The notes under the pieces are model-generated. The model did not search any database. It worked only from the letters and a program-made list of their open reading frames with translations, and was not told where the DNA came from. Shown one piece after another: positions 16,526 through 19,343 of a stretch of DNA of 19,343 nt (the first letter of the stretch is position 1; every line of letters begins with the position of its first letter). Location: assembly GCA_029856125.1 (NCBI GenBank), contig JAHQWJ010000123.1, positions 1 to 19,343 on the forward strand, given 5' to 3'. The translations under genes were made by a program, and so were the position numbers. Source of the stretch: Promethearchaeia archaeon. Its GTDB lineage: Archaea > Asgardarchaeota > Lokiarchaeia > Sigyniarchaeales > SOKP01.

Positions 16526-16954
16526 ATGTATACAAGAGATATTTTTGAAAATTGGCACGATATGAAGCAAAAAAGAGCTCAAGAAATTAAGAAGATGTTG
16601 TGTACCTGTAAAGATTGCTCAGATTCAAATCCTGATTTCGATAACTTACTAAAATTGGGTAAAATTTTAGAAGAGAATAGGAATTTAGATGCCATTGAAA
16701 GATTTACATCTGCGATTGCATCAAAAGAGCGACTAATTATTATTACTGCTTTAAAAGAACGGGATATGTGCGTTTGTGAGTTAGAAACTATATTGAATAA
16801 ATCACAATCAACAATTTCTCACCATTTAAGAAAGTTAGCTGCTGCGGGGTTAATTCAAGGATATAAAAAGCAGAAATTCACCTTCTACCACCTATTTAAA
16901 GAAGAATTGAAGCAGAACTTAACAACGTTTAATCAAAATTTAGCTGTAGAATGA
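16526..16954 (+). CDS. arsR: ArsR/SmtB-family metalloregulator
   Basis: RLIIITAL..RDMCVCELETILNKSQSTISHHLRKL...GLI (alpha3 CVC site plus HTH); divergent from acr3. Confidence 0.92.
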   Translation: MYTRDIFENWHDMKQKRAQEIKKMLCTCKDCSDSNPDFDNLLKLGKILEENRNLDAIERFTSAIASKERLIIITALKERDMCVCELETILNKSQSTISHHLRKLAAAGLIQGYKKQKFTFYHLFKEELKQNLTTFNQNLAVE

Positions 16955-17117
16955 ATTTATTCTAACCGTTTTGAGTGGAATACCTCAAGGAAGTATCATT
17001 ACGCCTAAAAATTAATAATCTATAAATATTAAATTTAATAGCTAAAAAGGACATTTCGATAGTAATTAGAATTTTAATAAATTGTAAAAATACACCTAAA
17101 TAAAGAGGAAACATAAA

Positions 17118-17366
17118 ATGGCTCCACTACCGGTTCCAGACAACGAAGAATCAATGGCAGTATGTCGTAGATTCTGTGGTCCTTGTCCTTCTTTCAAACC
17201 AAATAAACTCAACGAGTATGAACCGCATGCACTCTTTTGTGCACGAGGAAAATCTCAAAAACCAATGTCTGAAATTGAAAACAAAGGTTGTAGTTGTTTT
17301 GGATGTGATTTGTTCCCAAAGTATCAATTAGAGAAAGGATATTTCTGTATGCCTGATAAAATTTAG
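17118..17366 (+). CDS. Small Cys-rich protein, DUF2769-like
   Basis: C..CPSF...LFCARGKS...GCSCFGC...YQLEKGYFC; GAGG RBS upstream and a T-tract after the stop. Confidence 0.75.
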   Translation: MAPLPVPDNEESMAVCRRFCGPCPSFKPNKLNEYEPHALFCARGKSQKPMSEIENKGCSCFGCDLFPKYQLEKGYFCMPDKI

Positions 17367-17590
17367 ATATAAACACCTTCTTTTTTTTTATACATTTATA
17401 AAATTATCGCCTCCCTTTATTTATATTAAATATCTTCACATGGTTTTATGATTACGAAGTAAAACGATTGATAAATGAGATTTAAATGGATGTAATATTG
17501 TCGGGGGATAACCTATCGCTAAATATATATGTGATAATTATCTTGAAAATAATGTTTAAAAATTTAAATAAAAAATTGATGACGTTCTGA

Positions 17591-18868
17591 ATGGAAGAGA
17601 AAAAAGACGATTTGAAATTTTCTAAATTTTATCGATTAATCGCAGCAAATGAAATGGATATTGATAGGGAGGAGATTTTTTATCGTGAAAAATATAACGA
17701 TATAATAAATTATTTGAAAATTGTTTTAACAAATGACGAGGAATCAGTTGCTCAGAGTTATAATAAGTTCATTCACCCTAAAGGTGCGATTTTGATAAAA
17801 GTTAATCCTGGATCTGATATCGTAGATTATTTAAAATTAATATCTAAAAATTATTATTTAAATTTCTTCGAGTTGAATCATGAGGAAATCGTAAAGGCTC
17901 CTGACGACTTTATTTCTAATTTTATTGACATTTTAGAGAATATAATAGAACTGGCGCTAAAGAATATAGAAAATGAAACAAATAACAATGAAAAATCTCA
18001 AACAAATGATCACGATCTTGAACAATCTAAAATAAAGGGATTATTAGTTATAGACCAACAGAAATTTTCCGGTATTAACTTAAATGGGAAAAATTTATTA
18101 GAGCTTTTTATGGTATCATATAAGAATAGGGCAAGTCTTGAAAAAGATGGATTAATAATAATCTGGATAAATAATACAATGAAGGAAATCAAAAAAAGTT
18201 CGCAATTGATTTTTGATGTATTTGATCTCTTCATCAAAGTTCCAATTTTAGATAAGGCAGAAAGAGAGATGATATTTAAAGCTTTTTCTGAAAAAAATCC
18301 GAAAATTGTGTTTGATATCAAGACCTTAGTAGATTACACAGCAACTTGGGAGGTAAAAGACTTAATTCAGCTATTAAGAATAGGGATATTTAAACATTTT
18401 CTCAATTCTGAACTAAATGAGTCAAGTAATGAAATTACTGATGGCTTGATTAATTTAATTGAATCAGGAGAATATATCCCTACTACACCTGAGTTGAAAC
18501 GAAATATAGAAAACTCAGAATCAGACTTCTACAAACATGATGAATTTTCTAGTAAAAATTATATGTATGGAAGAAATACAGAAAGTAGAAACATTTATGC
18601 TCAAAATTTAAGCAGCGAAATTAAAGAGGAAAGATTTACAGATTTTATGCTAAATCAATTGTACGAAAACGCAGTATCAAAAAATTACAGCGAGCTTGTG
18701 CTGATAATTGATAAATTAAACAATAACGAGAATTTAGAAGAAATTGAGAGAAAAATATTGGCAAAATATGCATTTGTACTAAACGATAGTCCAAAGATGG
18801 CTCAAATTAATTTAGAAAAAGCAAAGAAACGTATCGATAATTTAAAGAGAGCGTTTGGAAACTATTAA
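17591..18868 (+). CDS. Degenerate, probably inactive classic-clade AAA+ ATPase-like protein
   Basis: PKGAILIKVNPGSD (decayed Walker A), LLVIDQ (Walker B), IIIWINN (sensor 1), FDLFIKVPILDKAEREMIF and DIKTLVDYTATWEVKDLIQL (lid). Confidence 0.65.
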   Translation: MEEKKDDLKFSKFYRLIAANEMDIDREEIFYREKYNDIINYLKIVLTNDEESVAQSYNKFIHPKGAILIKVNPGSDIVDYLKLISKNYYLNFFELNHEEIVKAPDDFISNFIDILENIIELALKNIENETNNNEKSQTNDHDLEQSKIKGLLVIDQQKFSGINLNGKNLLELFMVSYKNRASLEKDGLIIIWINNTMKEIKKSSQLIFDVFDLFIKVPILDKAEREMIFKAFSEKNPKIVFDIKTLVDYTATWEVKDLIQLLRIGIFKHFLNSELNESSNEITDGLINLIESGEYIPTTPELKRNIENSESDFYKHDEFSSKNYMYGRNTESRNIYAQNLSSEIKEERFTDFMLNQLYENAVSKNYSELVLIIDKLNNNENLEEIERKILAKYAFVLNDSPKMAQINLEKAKKRIDNLKRAFGNY

Positions 18869-18888
18869 GTAAGTAGGTGAGATAAAAG

Positions 18889-19343
18889 ACGGCTTTTTCC
18901 AGTAAAAAAAACACTATTAACACCTCAGATAAATCATTAATCGAGACTGGTACCTACATACGCAAGGTTATATTAGAGAATTTTTTATCTTTCCAAAGGG
19001 ATGAAGTAAATTTTTCAACCGAAAAAAATAAGGGTATCCCTCGTTTTGTTTTGATAATTGGCCCTAACTGGAGCGGTAAGACTTCAATTTTTCAAGCTAT
19101 TAAATTTGCTTTAGGTAGTAACGAAAGAGATGAGAGATATAAGAAATGGTCTAATTTTATAAGAAACAACCAAGCACACGCTATGGTAGAGCTTCATATT
19201 CAATATCATACAGAAATTATTAAAATTCGTAGAACTGTTGTAAAAGGGAAATCTCCATTTTTTGAATTACAACTTGATAAGGACACAGAATTCAAGAAAG
19301 CTCACGTAACTGAAGTTCAAAAACTAGTCTCCAAGTTAGATAT
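18889..19343 (+). CDS. SMC/Rad50-family ATPase, N-terminal part (partial; SMC5/6-like appearance)
   Basis: YIRKVILENFLSF, LIIGPNWSGKTSIFQAIKFALG, SNFIRNNQAHAMVEL, IKIRRTV. Open to the window end. In-frame TAA at 18883-18885; AGGTGA RBS at 18875-18880 points to ACG at 18889. Confidence 0.85.

Noticed and set aside
16952-16997. arsR TGA as selenocysteine, and the hairpin at 16979-16997 as SECIS or riboswitch
   Set aside because: The ArsR domain is complete before the TGA. The hairpin pairs better on the minus strand, has a 3-nt loop and no AUGA/GA pair with an A-rich loop; it does not match the fluoride riboswitch pattern.
13184-18321. Short ORFs at 13184, 13531, 13798, 14632 and 18010
   Set aside because: Antisense shadows of the ferredoxin, the fusion gene and the AAA-like gene.
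1-19343. CRISPR arrays, tRNA/rRNA genes, transposases or integrases
   Set aside because: No regularly spaced repeats, cloverleaf or rRNA-like GC-rich segments, or recombinase motifs were seen by eye.

Overview
AT-rich archaeal window, most consistent with an Asgard archaeon of the Lokiarchaeia type. This is inferred from TATA/BRE promoters, GGTGA ribosome-binding sites, a TrmB-type regulator and a eukaryote-like SECIS hairpin. Left to right: a partial membrane-anchored surface glycoprotein; a SAM methyltransferase divergent from a TrmB-like regulator with a perfect 10-2-10 palindrome between them; an HD hydrolase; a LIV-type ABC importer operon ending in a HEAT-repeat protein and an acyl-CoA ligase; a metalloid cluster; a degenerate AAA+ protein; and the start of an SMC-family ATPase. 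The standout is the metalloid cluster: arsR divergent from acr3, a methyltransferase/HgcA-like corrinoid fusion, an HgcB-like ferredoxin, a Cys-rich thioredoxin/ArsD-like protein, and a gene the ORF track truncates at both ends. That gene (12106..12549, minus) starts at ATT behind a strong RBS and looks like a MoaD/SAMP ubiquitin-like fold. It has TGA-TGA where the terminal Gly-Gly would be, stays open for 33 more codons and is followed by an AUGA/GA SECIS-like hairpin. It is a candidate Sec-Sec ubiquitin-like selenoprotein in a possible corrinoid-dependent arsenic/mercury methylation operon. All family calls come from motif recognition by eye; no searches were run.
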